From: Acidobacteriota bacterium
GTDB lineage: Bacteria > Acidobacteriota > UBA890 > WLXD01
Assembly (NCBI GenBank): GCA_965248695.1
Contig: CBDFKD010000002.1
Span: 1,984,001 to 2,048,000, forward strand
DNA length: 64,000 nucleotides
Direction: 5' to 3'
The notes under the pieces were generated by a model. The model did no database searches. It saw only the letters and a program-made list of their open reading frames with translations, and was not told the origin of the DNA. The position numbers and the translations under genes were made by a program. Position 1 is the first letter of the stretch. Every line of letters begins with the position of its first letter. Of this stretch, positions 51,558 to 62,146 are shown in pieces.

Positions 51558-51622
51558 ACGAGGCCGAATCCGGTGCTCTGTTTGACGCCGATTACCGGCA
51601 CCCGGCGAATTCGACCGCGCTC

Positions 51623-52867
51623 TCAGCCCACCACGCCGGCGCGCTCGAGGGCCGCGTGCAGCAGCACGTTGGCGCCAGCTTCGAGATCAGTGGGCTCGAC
51701 GTGCTCGGCCTCGTTGTGGCTGAGGCCATCCTTGCAAGGCACGAAGATCATGCTCGTGGGCGCGACGTGGGAAACGTAGACTGCGTCATGTCCGGCGCCG
51801 CTGACGATGTCCATCGCAGCGCACCCAACGGTGTCGGCGGCCTTGCGTACCGCGGCGATGCATCCGGAATCGAACCCCACAGGAACAGCGGACCAGATGT
51901 GGTCGATCGAATGCTCCAGACGAAACGCTGCGGCAGCCTCCGCGGTCGCGTCGCGAAGCTCGGCGTCCATGGCCTCGAGCTCGATCTCCTCGGGGTGTCG
52001 GATGTCGATCGTGAACGCGACGCTGCCCGGCACGGTATTGCGCGAGCCACGGCCGGTGTGGAGCTCGCCGACAGTCGCCCGACCAGACGGCGCCCGATCG
52101 GTCGCGAGCGCATAGATACGTGGCAACAGGGCGGCCGCGCCAGCGAGGGCGTCGCGCCGCACCTCCATCGGCGTGGGTCCGGCATGCGCCTCCGCGCCGG
52201 TCAGCTCGACGTCGTACCAGCGCATACCCTGGACGCCGATGACGATGCCGACCGGAATGCCGGCTTGCTCGAGAATCGGACCCTGTTCGATATGCAGCTC
52301 GAAGCAAGCGCCCAGCGGATGGGCGCCGACCTCCATCGCACCGCGATAGCCGATGCGATCCAACTCCTCGCCGATCGTGCGACCCTCTGGATCGGCCCGG
52401 CTCCAGGCGTACTCGAGATCGAACACGCCCGCGAACGCCCCCGACGAGATGATTGCGGGAGGAAACCGGGCGCCCTCCTCGTTGGTCCAGTTGATCACCT
52501 CGAGGGGGGCCACCGTGCGGACGCCCGCGTCATTCAGAGTGCGGACAGCTTCGAGCCCGGCCAGTACGCCATAGGCGCCGTCGTACTTTCCGCCGGTAGG
52601 CTGGCTATCGAGATGGCTCGCCATCGCGACCGGGGGCAGGCTGTCGTCAATGCCCGGCCGACGGGCGAACATGTTCCCCATGGCATCGACGGCGACGGTA
52701 CAGCCGGCGTCGGCGCACCAGCGAGCAAACAGGTCGCGCGCTTCGCGGTCGCCGTCGGTCAAGGCCTGCCGGTTGACCCCGCCTTTCGGCGTGGCGCCGA
52801 TCGAGGCCATCTCCATAAGGCTGGAGACCAGTCGCGTGCCGTTGATGCGGAGGTTGTGGATACTCAT
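51623..52867 (-). CDS. M20 N-carbamoyl-amino-acid amidohydrolase (beta-ureidopropionase/allantoate amidohydrolase-like)
   Basis: SHLDSQPTGGKYDG, NEEGARF, ELHIEQG, GAGHDA, SHNEAE. Confidence 0.92.
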   Translation of the reverse strand: MSIHNLRINGTRLVSSLMEMASIGATPKGGVNRQALTDGDREARDLFARWCADAGCTVAVDAMGNMFARRPGIDDSLPPVAMASHLDSQPTGGKYDGAYGVLAGLEAVRTLNDAGVRTVAPLEVINWTNEEGARFPPAIISSGAFAGVFDLEYAWSRADPEGRTIGEELDRIGYRGAMEVGAHPLGACFELHIEQGPILEQAGIPVGIVIGVQGMRWYDVELTGAEAHAGPTPMEVRRDALAGAAALLPRIYALATDRAPSGRATVGELHTGRGSRNTVPGSVAFTIDIRHPEEIELEAMDAELRDATAEAAAAFRLEHSIDHIWSAVPVGFDSGCIAAVRKAADTVGCAAMDIVSGAGHDAVYVSHVAPTSMIFVPCKDGLSHNEAEHVEPTDLEAGANVLLHAALERAGVVG

Positions 52868-52889
52868 CGTCTCGATACCAGGCGGTCCA

Positions 52890-54062
52890 CTAGTTCCCCA
52901 ACCGCTGCTCATGCGGCCGTAGCAGCATGCGCGCGATGATGTGGCGCTGGATCTCGCTGGTTCCCTCCCAGATGCGCTCCACACGGGCATCGCGCCACAT
53001 GCGCTCCAGCGGCAGCTCGGAGACCAGGCCCATGCCGCCGAAGATCTGCAGCGCCTCGTCGGTCACCCGCCCGAGCATCTCGCTGGTGTAGAGCTTTGCC
53101 ATGGCGGCATCGTTCTCGGTCATCGTGCCCTGGTCGTGCTTCCAGGCAGCGCGGAACGTCAACAGCTCGCCGGCCTCGAGCTCGGTGGCCATGTCGGCGA
53201 GCTTGAACGAGACGCCCTGGAACTTTCCGATCGTGCGGCCGAACTGCTTGCGCGTCGCTGCCCACTCGGTGGCCACTTCCAGAGCGCGCCGGGCCTTGCC
53301 GATCGAGTTGGCGGCGGTGCCGATGCGCGCCGCCGACAGCCAGGCGTTGGCGAGCTCGAACCCCCTGCCTTCCTCACCGAGCATCTTCGAGCCCGGAACC
53401 CGGCAGTCATCGAAGAACAGCTCGCAGTGATGGAAGCCGCGCAGCCCAACCGCCTGCGAGCCCCGATGCCAGGTGAACCCGGGAGTGTCCTTATCGACCA
53501 GGAACGTCGTCACTCGAGCCTTGGGGCCGCGCGGCGTCTCGTCGACCCCGGTGGACACGAACAGGATGATGAAGTCGGCCACGTCGGCGTACGAGGCGAA
53601 GTGCTTGGACCCGTTGATCACCCAGTCGTCGCCGTCCTGCACCGCGCGCGTGGTGATGCCGCGAACGTCAGAGCCGGCGTCCGGCTCGCTCATCGAGACG
53701 CAGTCGAAGCGCTCGCCTCGAATGCACGGCATCAGGTACTCCTCGATCTGATCGCCCGTACAGCCCTGGAGAATGTTGCTGGGCCGGTACACCTCCCAGT
53801 GCAACGCCAGGTTGGTGCGCCCGAGCTCACGCTCCAGCAGCATGTGGGTGACCGTGTCGAGCCCGCCGCCGCCGAGCTCTTCCGGCATGTTGGCGGCCCA
53901 GAGCCCGGCGTCCATGGCTGCCGTACGAATTTGCTGTCGCAGCTCGTCGGATAGCTCGCAGGTGCGCTCCACCTCTTCCTCGTGAGGAATGAGCTCTCGT
54001 TCGACGAAGGCGCGGACGGTCTCGACGACCATCTCCTGCTCGTCGGTCAGCTGGAATTGCAT
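52890..54062 (-). CDS. Acyl-CoA dehydrogenase
   Basis: SEPDAGSD, INGSKHF, RKQFG, QIFGGMG, IWEGTSEIQR. Confidence 0.95.
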   Translation of the reverse strand: MQFQLTDEQEMVVETVRAFVERELIPHEEEVERTCELSDELRQQIRTAAMDAGLWAANMPEELGGGGLDTVTHMLLERELGRTNLALHWEVYRPSNILQGCTGDQIEEYLMPCIRGERFDCVSMSEPDAGSDVRGITTRAVQDGDDWVINGSKHFASYADVADFIILFVSTGVDETPRGPKARVTTFLVDKDTPGFTWHRGSQAVGLRGFHHCELFFDDCRVPGSKMLGEEGRGFELANAWLSAARIGTAANSIGKARRALEVATEWAATRKQFGRTIGKFQGVSFKLADMATELEAGELLTFRAAWKHDQGTMTENDAAMAKLYTSEMLGRVTDEALQIFGGMGLVSELPLERMWRDARVERIWEGTSEIQRHIIARMLLRPHEQRLGN

Positions 54063-54286
54063 GGCGCCACGCTCCCTTCGCGCTGATGCGCGTCGTCTTT
54101 CTTGGCTCTCCATACATGGGAGGACCGGGCGGTCCGCCGAAACGTCTCACAGCCTCCGCGGTGCGAGGCGCATGGTAGCGGCCTGCCAACGCCGACGCGA
54201 ACCGTGCGAGTATACGGAGCGGTTCCCGGCGATCGCCGGAGGCACAGTGCGGGCGCCAACACATTCGATTCGATCGTGAGAACGCG

Positions 54287-55210
54287 ATGACCGAAACCCC
54301 ATTCAGGACACGACTCGCCAACGGCGGCACACCGACGCTCGACAACTGGGGAATGGACTCCGAGCACGGCGGGCTGCGCGACGTGCTTCTCGGCCCCGCC
54401 GACAGCTTCTACTGGATGGAAGACAACGCACAGTTCAGCTCGATCACGCGCGCGACACTCGAGTCAGGCGAGAAGTTCGACCCTGCTCGCGCCATGGCCC
54501 AGCACGGCGAAATGGTGGACGCCTATCGCTCAGCCGGGGTGACCGTACACCTGCTCGAGGTCGACGAGGCCACTCCGTACCAGGTCTACGCGCGCGACTC
54601 GAGCTTCATGACGCCGTACGGCGCCGTCGCCTGCCAGCTCGCCAACCCCCGTCGCCGCGGCGAGTACGCCTCGGTCATGCGTTTCTATGCCAGCGCCGGC
54701 ATCCCGATGTACGACCTCGTCTCGGCCGGCAACTTCGAGGGCGGCGACTTCAACATCATCGGCCCCGAGTGCGTCCTCATCGGCTACACCGGGTTTCGCT
54801 GCGAGGAGGTGGCCGCCAAGCAGATCGGCGGCTGGATGGAAGCGGAGGGATGGGAGGTGCGCTACGCGCCCATCGACCCGTTCTATGTTCACATCGATCT
54901 GATGGTCTGCATGCTGGCCGAGAAAGCCTGCGCCGTGTGTATGGAGACCACCGATCCATCGATCGTCGCGTGGCTCGAGGGCAAGGGCATCGAGATCGTG
55001 CCGGTGAGCTTCAAGGACACCATGACGCTGGGGTGCAACGTCATGGCGCTGGGCAACGATCGTGTGTTGTCGACCGCCGACAGCACCGACCTCAACGCGC
55101 GTCTGCGCGCCATGGGCTTCGAGGTCTACGATCCGGACGTGTCGATGTTCACCAAGGGCGGCGGCGGGGTTCATTGCATGGCCCAGCCGCTGCGTCGCGA
55201 CAGCGTTTGA
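54287..55210 (+). CDS. Amidinotransferase/DDAH/arginine deiminase (pentein) family
   Basis: YARD, RRGE, EGGD, HID, GGGVHC. Confidence 0.88.
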   Translation: MTETPFRTRLANGGTPTLDNWGMDSEHGGLRDVLLGPADSFYWMEDNAQFSSITRATLESGEKFDPARAMAQHGEMVDAYRSAGVTVHLLEVDEATPYQVYARDSSFMTPYGAVACQLANPRRRGEYASVMRFYASAGIPMYDLVSAGNFEGGDFNIIGPECVLIGYTGFRCEEVAAKQIGGWMEAEGWEVRYAPIDPFYVHIDLMVCMLAEKACAVCMETTDPSIVAWLEGKGIEIVPVSFKDTMTLGCNVMALGNDRVLSTADSTDLNARLRAMGFEVYDPDVSMFTKGGGGVHCMAQPLRRDSV

Positions 55211-55264
55211 GGAAGTGATCTGGCAAGCGGCCACCGGGGAGCGACAGAGGCAGGCGATGCGATC

Positions 55265-56812
55265 GTGAGTAGGGCGCCCAGACGCGGCCGGCGCAGCGGT
55301 GGACGAGCGGCCAACCTCCGAGGTAAGGGCGCGGCGATCGCCCAGCTCCCCTGGAGCCTGCCGGTCAATCGCGACCAGCCGACGGAACCGCTAGCCGAGG
55401 ACGGCGTGCAGGCGGTTCATGACGGCGCCATGCGCATCCTCGAGGAGATCGGCATCGAGTTCCTCCATCCGGAGGCGGTCGAGATATTGCGCCACGCAGG
55501 CTGCATCGTCGACGGCGAAAACGTCCGCATCGGCCGCGAGCTGGTGATGGCGCAGCTGCAGCACGCGCCATCGAGCTTCACTCTCACACCGCGCAATCCG
55601 GAGCGGCGAATCGAGATCGGCGGCGACCGCATGGTCTTCGGTAACGTCTCCAGCCCGCCGAACTGCTCCGATCTCGATCGCGGTCGGCGCACCGGTACGC
55701 GCGACAGCTACCGCGATCTCATCAAGCTGACCCAATACTTCAACTGCATCCATTTCGCCGGCGGGTACCCGGTCGAGCCGATGGACCTGCATCCCTCGAT
55801 CCGGCACCTCGACTGCCTCTACGACAAGCTGGTGCTGACCGACAAGGTGGTCCACGCCTACAGCCTCGGTAAGGAGCGCGTCGAGGATGTCATGGAAATG
55901 GTGCGCATCGCCGGCGACCTGACGCCCGACGAGTTCGAGGCCACACCGAGGCTTTACACCAACATCAACTCGAGCTCACCGCTCAGGCACGACTACCCGA
56001 TGCTCGACGGCGCCATGCGACTGGCCCGCCACGGCCAGGCCGTTGTGGTGACGCCATTCACCTTGGCCGGCGCAATGGCGCCGGTGACCATGGTCGGGGC
56101 GGTAACGCTGTCGATGGCCGAGGGCCTCGCGGCGATCGCCCTGTTGCAGCTGATCAATCCCGGCTGCGCGACCGCCATCGGTACCTTCACCTCGAACGTC
56201 GACATGAAGACCGGCGCCCCTGCCTTCGGCACACCCGACTACATGCGCGCCACCCAGATGTCGGGCCAGATGGCGCGCTTCTACGGCCTGCCGCTGCGCG
56301 CCTCGAACGCCTGTGCCGCCAACTGCCCGGATAGCCAGTCGGCGTGGGAGAGCGCCTTCTCGCTCTGGTCCGCCGTGTCATCGCGAGTGAACATGGTCTA
56401 TCACGCTGCCGGCTGGCTCGAGGGCGGGCTCTGCGCCTCGTACGAGAAGTTCGTGATGGACTGCGAGACGGTGCAGCAGATCATCGCGTATCTCGAGCCG
56501 ACCTCGGTCACCGAGGCCGACATCGCAGTCGATGCGGTGCGAGAAGTCGGCCCCGGCGGCCATTTCTTCGGCTGCGCGCACACCCAGGAGCGTTACGAGA
56601 CGGCGTTCTACAGCCCGTTCCTGTCGGACTGGTCGAACTTCGAGAGCTGGGAGGAGCGCGGCGCGATCCGCACGCCCGAGCGCGCCAACAAGATCTGGAA
56701 GCAGATCCTGGCGGAATTCGACCCCCCGCCGATCGATGCGGCGATTGACGAGGCCCTTCAGGCGTTCGTGGCCAGGCGTAAGGAGGAGGGCGGCGCGCCG
56801 ACCGACTTCTAG
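55265..56812 (+). CDS. Non-pyrrolysine MttB-family methyltransferase
   Basis: NSSSPL, TPFTLAGAMAP, VDMKTGAPAFGTP, HAAGWLEGG, GPGGHF; no internal TAG. Confidence 0.92.
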   Translation: MSRAPRRGRRSGGRAANLRGKGAAIAQLPWSLPVNRDQPTEPLAEDGVQAVHDGAMRILEEIGIEFLHPEAVEILRHAGCIVDGENVRIGRELVMAQLQHAPSSFTLTPRNPERRIEIGGDRMVFGNVSSPPNCSDLDRGRRTGTRDSYRDLIKLTQYFNCIHFAGGYPVEPMDLHPSIRHLDCLYDKLVLTDKVVHAYSLGKERVEDVMEMVRIAGDLTPDEFEATPRLYTNINSSSPLRHDYPMLDGAMRLARHGQAVVVTPFTLAGAMAPVTMVGAVTLSMAEGLAAIALLQLINPGCATAIGTFTSNVDMKTGAPAFGTPDYMRATQMSGQMARFYGLPLRASNACAANCPDSQSAWESAFSLWSAVSSRVNMVYHAAGWLEGGLCASYEKFVMDCETVQQIIAYLEPTSVTEADIAVDAVREVGPGGHFFGCAHTQERYETAFYSPFLSDWSNFESWEERGAIRTPERANKIWKQILAEFDPPPIDAAIDEALQAFVARRKEEGGAPTDF

Positions 56813-56857
56813 ACGACGAGAAGACTCACGGATGGCGGCGCGGAGATCGGAGAGTCG

Positions 56858-58003
56858 ATGAGTGACGACGAGCGGCAACAGCAGCAGCCGCACATCGCGT
56901 GGACTACCACCGAGCCGCAGTCATTCGGGCACGGCTGGGTCAGCGGCCTGTTGTCGGCGATTCTCGGCATCGTCGGGCTCGGGGTAGTGCTCTGCTTCCA
57001 CTTCCCGGCGCTGCTCACCGTTCCGGAGCTACGCACCTACTACCCGCTTCCTTTCGTCCGTGCGACCTTGCACGTCGTCCTGGTCGCCTCGTTCCTGCTC
57101 GGTGTCCTCAGCCTGTGTCTCCGATCCAACAAGGCGCTCGGGTCCGTGGGCATCACGCTGACGGTGATCGCTGCCGCGCTGGGCGGCTCACGCGTCCCCG
57201 TGGATGGTGGTGTCGCCTCTGGCCCGTTCCTCGGAATGGACTGGTTCCTGCTGAACCTGGTGCTGTACTCCGCCTTCTATATCCCGCTGGAGCGATTCTT
57301 CGCGAAGTACCCGGAGCAGCCCACGTTCCGCAGCGAATGGCAGGTCGACCTCACATACTTCTTCCTAAACACCCTGCTGATCCAGGTGATGACGTTGCTC
57401 ACCATGCGACCGGCCATGGTGTTCTTCGACTGGGCGCGGATCGCGCCGATCTACGACACGGTGTCCGGGCTCCCGGTCCTCGTCCAGGTGCCGGCGATCC
57501 TGCTGGTCGCCGACCTGACGCAGTACTGGGTGCACCGCACCTTCCATGTGATCCCGTTCCTGTGGCGATTCCACGCCATCCATCATTCCGCCGAGGCAAT
57601 GGACTGGCTGGCGGGATCACGCCTGCACCTGGTGGATGCCGTCGTCACTCGCGCGGTGACCTACGTGCCGATATACGTCCTCGGGTTCTCCGAAACGGCG
57701 CTCTAGACATACGTAGTAGCCGTCGTTGTGCAGGCGACGTTCATCCACGCCAATGTGCGCTGGGAGTTCGGCTGGGCCCGTCGGGTGATCGCGACACCCC
57801 GGTTCCATCACTGGCATCACGCCGCCGAGCCTGAGGCCATCGACAAGAACTTCTGCGTCCACACGCCGCTGTGGGACTGGCTGTTCGGCACCCTGTACCA
57901 CCCCGATCGCTGGCCGCTGAAGTATGGGCTTTGTGGCCAGCGGGACGTGCCCGCCGGTTGGTTCCAGCAGCTCCTGTACCCGTTTCGGGGGAAGTCCTCG
58001 TGA
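56858..58003 (+). pseudogene. Sterol desaturase/fatty acid hydroxylase interrupted by in-frame TAG (57704-57706)
   Basis: His boxes HRTFH and HAIHH before the stop; HANV and HHWHH after it in the same frame. Confidence 0.85.
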
Positions 58004-59652
58004 GGCTCCTGCCAGACGACGCCAACACCCTGACGACGCTGTCCCCGTCGGGAAACCGGAAGGACGCCGATCCGGACAACCAGGCAAACGCGCCGGCCAG
58101 GCGCAAAGCGACGGTGGGTATCACGCCGCTCTCAATCGCAGGCGAGACTCGCGAGCTGCTCCGCGACCGCGTCCGAATTGTCTCGGCGATCATCGCGTTG
58201 GGTGTGGCGCTGTTCGTCGTCCGCGACCTGCTCGCTGAAGAGGGAAGCTACCTACCCTGGGTTCGGGTAGTCCTGGTGGCTACCTTTGGTGGGCTGACGA
58301 TTTGGCTCCGCGCCGCACAGTCGATGACGCTCGACGGGCTGCGCCGACTCGAGATCGTCATGGTGTGGCTGGTATCGGGCTGGTTCGCAATCGACCGGTT
58401 CCACTACATCCACGATGGAAGCGCCAGCGGCGATGCCGCGGCGACCGTGTTCGCGCTCGCCTTCGCGGTGCTCGAGTACGTGCTCGTCATTACGGCGTAC
58501 TCCATCTTCATTCCAAACACGTGGCAGCGTGCTCTCCGCCTGTCTACCCCGCTGGCCCTGCTGCCCGGGCTGATCGTCGGCCTGGTCTTGGGGATGTACC
58601 CCGCAGACGCCGCAACGTTGTGGGCGGTGCTCACACCCATGCGCGTTACGAGCCTGTCCTTGATGCTCGTCATCGCTCTGCTGTTCTCGGCCGGGGGCGC
58701 CCGGCTGATCCACGCGCTGTGAGAACAGGTGTTCGATGCGCGTCAACTCGGCCAGTATCGATTGACGGATCGTGTCGGGATGGGCGGAATGGGCGAGGTC
58801 TGGCGGGGTGAGCACGAGCTGTTGCCACGTCCCGCAGCCATCAAGCTGATCCGCCCGGACCGACTGCATACGAGCAGTGCGCTCGAGGTCGATGCGATGC
58901 TGAGGCGCTTCGAGCGTGAGGTGCGTGCGACCGTGACGCTCCGTTCGCCCCATACCGTGGAAATCTACGACTTCGGCATCACCGACGATCAGGTCTTCTA
59001 TTACGTCATGGAACTGCTCGACGGACTCGACCTGAGCAACCTGGTCAAGCGGTTTGGCCCCCTCCCGGAAGCACGTGTCGCCTACCTCCTACAGCAGGTG
59101 TGCGAGTCGCTTTCGGAGGCTCATGCCCAGGGCCTCGTGCACCGCGACATCAAGCCGGCCAACATCTATACGTGTCGGCTCGGCAATCGCTTCGACTACA
59201 TCAAGGTGCTCGACTTCGGTCTCGTGGCCGCTATCGACCCCGGCAACGAGTCGACGGCGCTGGTCGCCGAGGCCGGAGTGGCAGGAACACCCGCCTACAT
59301 GGCACCGGAGATGCTGCAGGGCGAGAAGTTCATCGATGGGCGTGCAGACATCTACGCGCTCGGATGCGTCGGCTACTGGCTGCTGACCGGACAGCTCGTC
59401 TTCGAGGGAGACAACGTCGTCGATATCGCGCGCGGCCACCTGACGGGGGCCGTCGTGCCACCTTCAGCGCGGTGTGGACGGCGGTTAGACCGCGCGTTGG
59501 AGGACGCGGTGGTGTCGTGCCTCGCCAAGGACCCAGCGCACCGGCCGGCCACCGCTAGCGATCTCTCTGATCAGCTGACGACGGCGACAGCGACTCGCGT
59601 CTGGATGAATGAGCAGGCCCGCGAGTGGTGGCAATCCAACCTGGCGCCGTGA
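58000..59652 (+). pseudogene. Multi-TM Ser/Thr protein kinase interrupted by in-frame TGA (58720-58722); kinase domain intact (58729-59652)
   Basis: IHAL*EQVFDARQLGQY; GMGGMG, AIK, HRDIKPAN, DFG, APE. Confidence 0.85.
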
Positions 59653-59774
59653 GCCGTCGGCTTGGGTAGACATCCACCAGCTTGAGCATGAGTCGGTGTC
59701 CATCGCGTCGCACCCGACGTAAAGCACCGGCCGGTCTCTTATGATCGAGGCGAGCCGCGGAACGGGGGGAGGCA

Positions 59775-62099
59775 TTGGCCGGTAAGCGAACGAAGGAGCC
59801 GCAACACCTGCCGCCGGCACTGCGAACGCTGGTGGGCGATGTTCAGGCGATCCTCGGCGAGGTCGTGGCCGCGGCCGAGGGCGTCGATCTCTACGAGATC
59901 ATCGAGCGGGTGCGGCGCGACATGGTCGCGTTCCGCGAAGCTTCGAGTCGCCGCGGGCGTGCCGCCGCGCTGGCGCGCGGCAGGCGACGGCTTGTCGCCC
60001 TTCCGGTGAAGCGCCAGTTGCTAGTGGCTCGCGCCTACACCCTATATCTGGAGCTGGTGAACGTCTGCGAGAACGCCTTCCGTACCCATCGGCTGCGCGA
60101 ACGCCGCCGCGGGCGGTCGGAGGCGCGGGCGTGCATGACCTTCGTGCTGACCGCGCATCCCACAGAGTCGCGCTCGCCGGAGAACATCCGGCTGCTGCGC
60201 CGCGTCCAGGATCTACTGGTGGAATCGCTGCAGGCGGATCGACCGATCGACCGGTCGCAGCTCGGCAACCTCCTCCAGCTCGCCTGGCGCGTCGGCACCC
60301 ACCCGCCGCACAAGCCGACGGTCGAGGACGAGGCGTCGCACCTGTACTCGCTGCTCACCGATCCGATCCTCGACGAGATCGTCGCGCTCAACGCCTCGGG
60401 CCACCGGTTGCTGATGCGCACCTGGGTCGGGGGCGACAAGGACGGGCATCCGGGCGTGGGAGCAGCCCAGAGCCGGGCATCGCTGCAGCTCGCTCGCCAG
60501 CGATTCCTCGAGTTCGTGGAAACAAGCCTGATGGCGGCAATTCGCGAGGACACCTCGTTGCTCGGTAGCCTGCCGGTCGATCGGGGCCTGGCGGGCCTCG
60601 AGGCGGCGCTCGCAGCGGTCCGCAGGGTGAGGGCCGACGACGGCGGCCGCATCCTGAAGCTGCAGCGAAGCGTCCAGCGATTCCAGTCGGCCTACCGGCG
60701 CCGTGTGTCGGCCGAGCAGCCGCAGGTCGCGAACCTGGCCACGCTGCTCGATGTCTTCCCCGCGCTCGTGGTACCGCTTGAGCTGCGCGAGGAGCGCGGC
60801 CGGTTCGAGCGCGGCACCCCGATCGCCGCCATGCTGCGCACCCTGGGGCGGATCGCCGACGGCGGGCAGGTCGACTGGTACGCGCGCGGCTGCGTCGTGA
60901 GCATGACGTCCGAGGGATCTGATCTGATTCAGGCGCAGCGCCTCGTAACACGGATGCTGGGCCGGCCGCTCATCCCGGTGATCCCGCTCTTCGAGCTGCC
61001 CGAAGTGATCGCGCGGGCTCACGAGATTCTCGGCGATGCCTGGACGGATCGCGAGTTCCGCGCCTGCGCACGTCGGCGGGGCCAGGTCGAGGTGATGCTT
61101 GGCTACTCCGACACGGCCAAGCGCATGGGCATGCTGGCCAGCCGAGTCGGCGTCCATCGAGCGATGCGCGAGCTGGGGGCGTGGGCCGAGCGCCAGGACA
61201 TGCGGATGGTTTTCTTCCATGGCTCCGGCGGCAGCGTCGGGCGGGGCGGGGGTACGATCGACGACCTGGCGGCGACCTGGCCGCCGGCGGCGCTTTCGCT
61301 CTACAAGCACACGCTCCAGGGGGAGATGATCGAGCGCACCCTGGCGACGCCGGAGATCCTCCGCAGTCTCGTGCGCAAGGTGGCTTCGATCCAGGCCGAC
61401 CCGCCGGCCTATCGCGGCGTCGGCAAGCTCGCCGCCGAGCTGGCAGAGACCTCGGAGCGCGTCTTCGCTGAGCTTGTCGGCTCCGAAACATTCCACGACC
61501 TGCTCCGCGACGCGACGCCCTACGCGCGGCTCCAAGCGCTGACGATCGGCTCACGTCCGACGCGGCGCGCAGGCTCCGCCAAGAAGGCGGGTCTCGAGAA
61601 GCTGCGCGCCATCCCGTGGGTACTGTGCTGGACGCAGACGCGGCTTCTGCTCCACGCCTGGCTCGGAATCGGCGAAGCGTGGAGCCGGCAGGCGGAATCG
61701 GGCGACGCCGTCAAGCGCCTGACCTCGGCGCGGCGCCGCGACCCGCTGCTTCGCAGCTATCTGCGCCTGCTGTCGTTCACCCTCGCCAAGACCGAGCCGG
61801 AACTCTGGCTCGCCTATCGCCGGGCGCTGGCGCCGCGGGCGGCACGCAAGCTGGCACGCAACCTCGACGGCAGCTATGCCGCCGCCATCGAGCTCGCCTG
61901 CTCGGCCACCTCCGAAGGCACGCTGCTGCCGGATCGACCTTGGCTCGAGGAATCGATCCACTACCGGGCGCCGATGATCCACCCGCTCAACTTGCTGCAG
62001 ATCGAGCTGCTCTCGAAGCCGCGCTGGAGCCGCGACGAGCAGAGCCTCTTCCGCGAAACCGTCACCGGCATCGCGGCAGGAATGCTCACGACGGGCTGA
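59775..62099 (+). CDS. ppc: Compact phosphoenolpyruvate carboxylase
   Basis: VLTAHPTE, WVGGDKDG, PLFE, VMLGYSD, GGSVGRGG, LRAIPW. Confidence 0.88.
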   Translation: MAGKRTKEPQHLPPALRTLVGDVQAILGEVVAAAEGVDLYEIIERVRRDMVAFREASSRRGRAAALARGRRRLVALPVKRQLLVARAYTLYLELVNVCENAFRTHRLRERRRGRSEARACMTFVLTAHPTESRSPENIRLLRRVQDLLVESLQADRPIDRSQLGNLLQLAWRVGTHPPHKPTVEDEASHLYSLLTDPILDEIVALNASGHRLLMRTWVGGDKDGHPGVGAAQSRASLQLARQRFLEFVETSLMAAIREDTSLLGSLPVDRGLAGLEAALAAVRRVRADDGGRILKLQRSVQRFQSAYRRRVSAEQPQVANLATLLDVFPALVVPLELREERGRFERGTPIAAMLRTLGRIADGGQVDWYARGCVVSMTSEGSDLIQAQRLVTRMLGRPLIPVIPLFELPEVIARAHEILGDAWTDREFRACARRRGQVEVMLGYSDTAKRMGMLASRVGVHRAMRELGAWAERQDMRMVFFHGSGGSVGRGGGTIDDLAATWPPAALSLYKHTLQGEMIERTLATPEILRSLVRKVASIQADPPAYRGVGKLAAELAETSERVFAELVGSETFHDLLRDATPYARLQALTIGSRPTRRAGSAKKAGLEKLRAIPWVLCWTQTRLLLHAWLGIGEAWSRQAESGDAVKRLTSARRRDPLLRSYLRLLSFTLAKTEPELWLAYRRALAPRAARKLARNLDGSYAAAIELACSATSEGTLLPDRPWLEESIHYRAPMIHPLNLLQIELLSKPRWSRDEQSLFRETVTGIAAGMLTTG

Positions 62100-62129
62100 C
62101 GGCCTGGCGTGGTTGGGCAACGAAAGCCT

Positions 62130-62146
62130 GCGAGGCGGAGCCTCGC
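62130..62146. terminator. Hairpin between convergent ppc and CocE/NonD genes
   Basis: GCGAGGC-GGA-GCCTCGC; no U-tract. Confidence 0.3.

Noticed and set aside
55265-56812. Pyrrolysine-containing MttB
   Set aside because: The ORF is uninterrupted; the corresponding region (GLPLRASNACAANCPD) has only sense codons.
58720-58740. Selenocysteine at the kinase TGA
   Set aside because: Linker position where Arg fits, no redox motif, and the following hairpin is too short and too close for a convincing SECIS.
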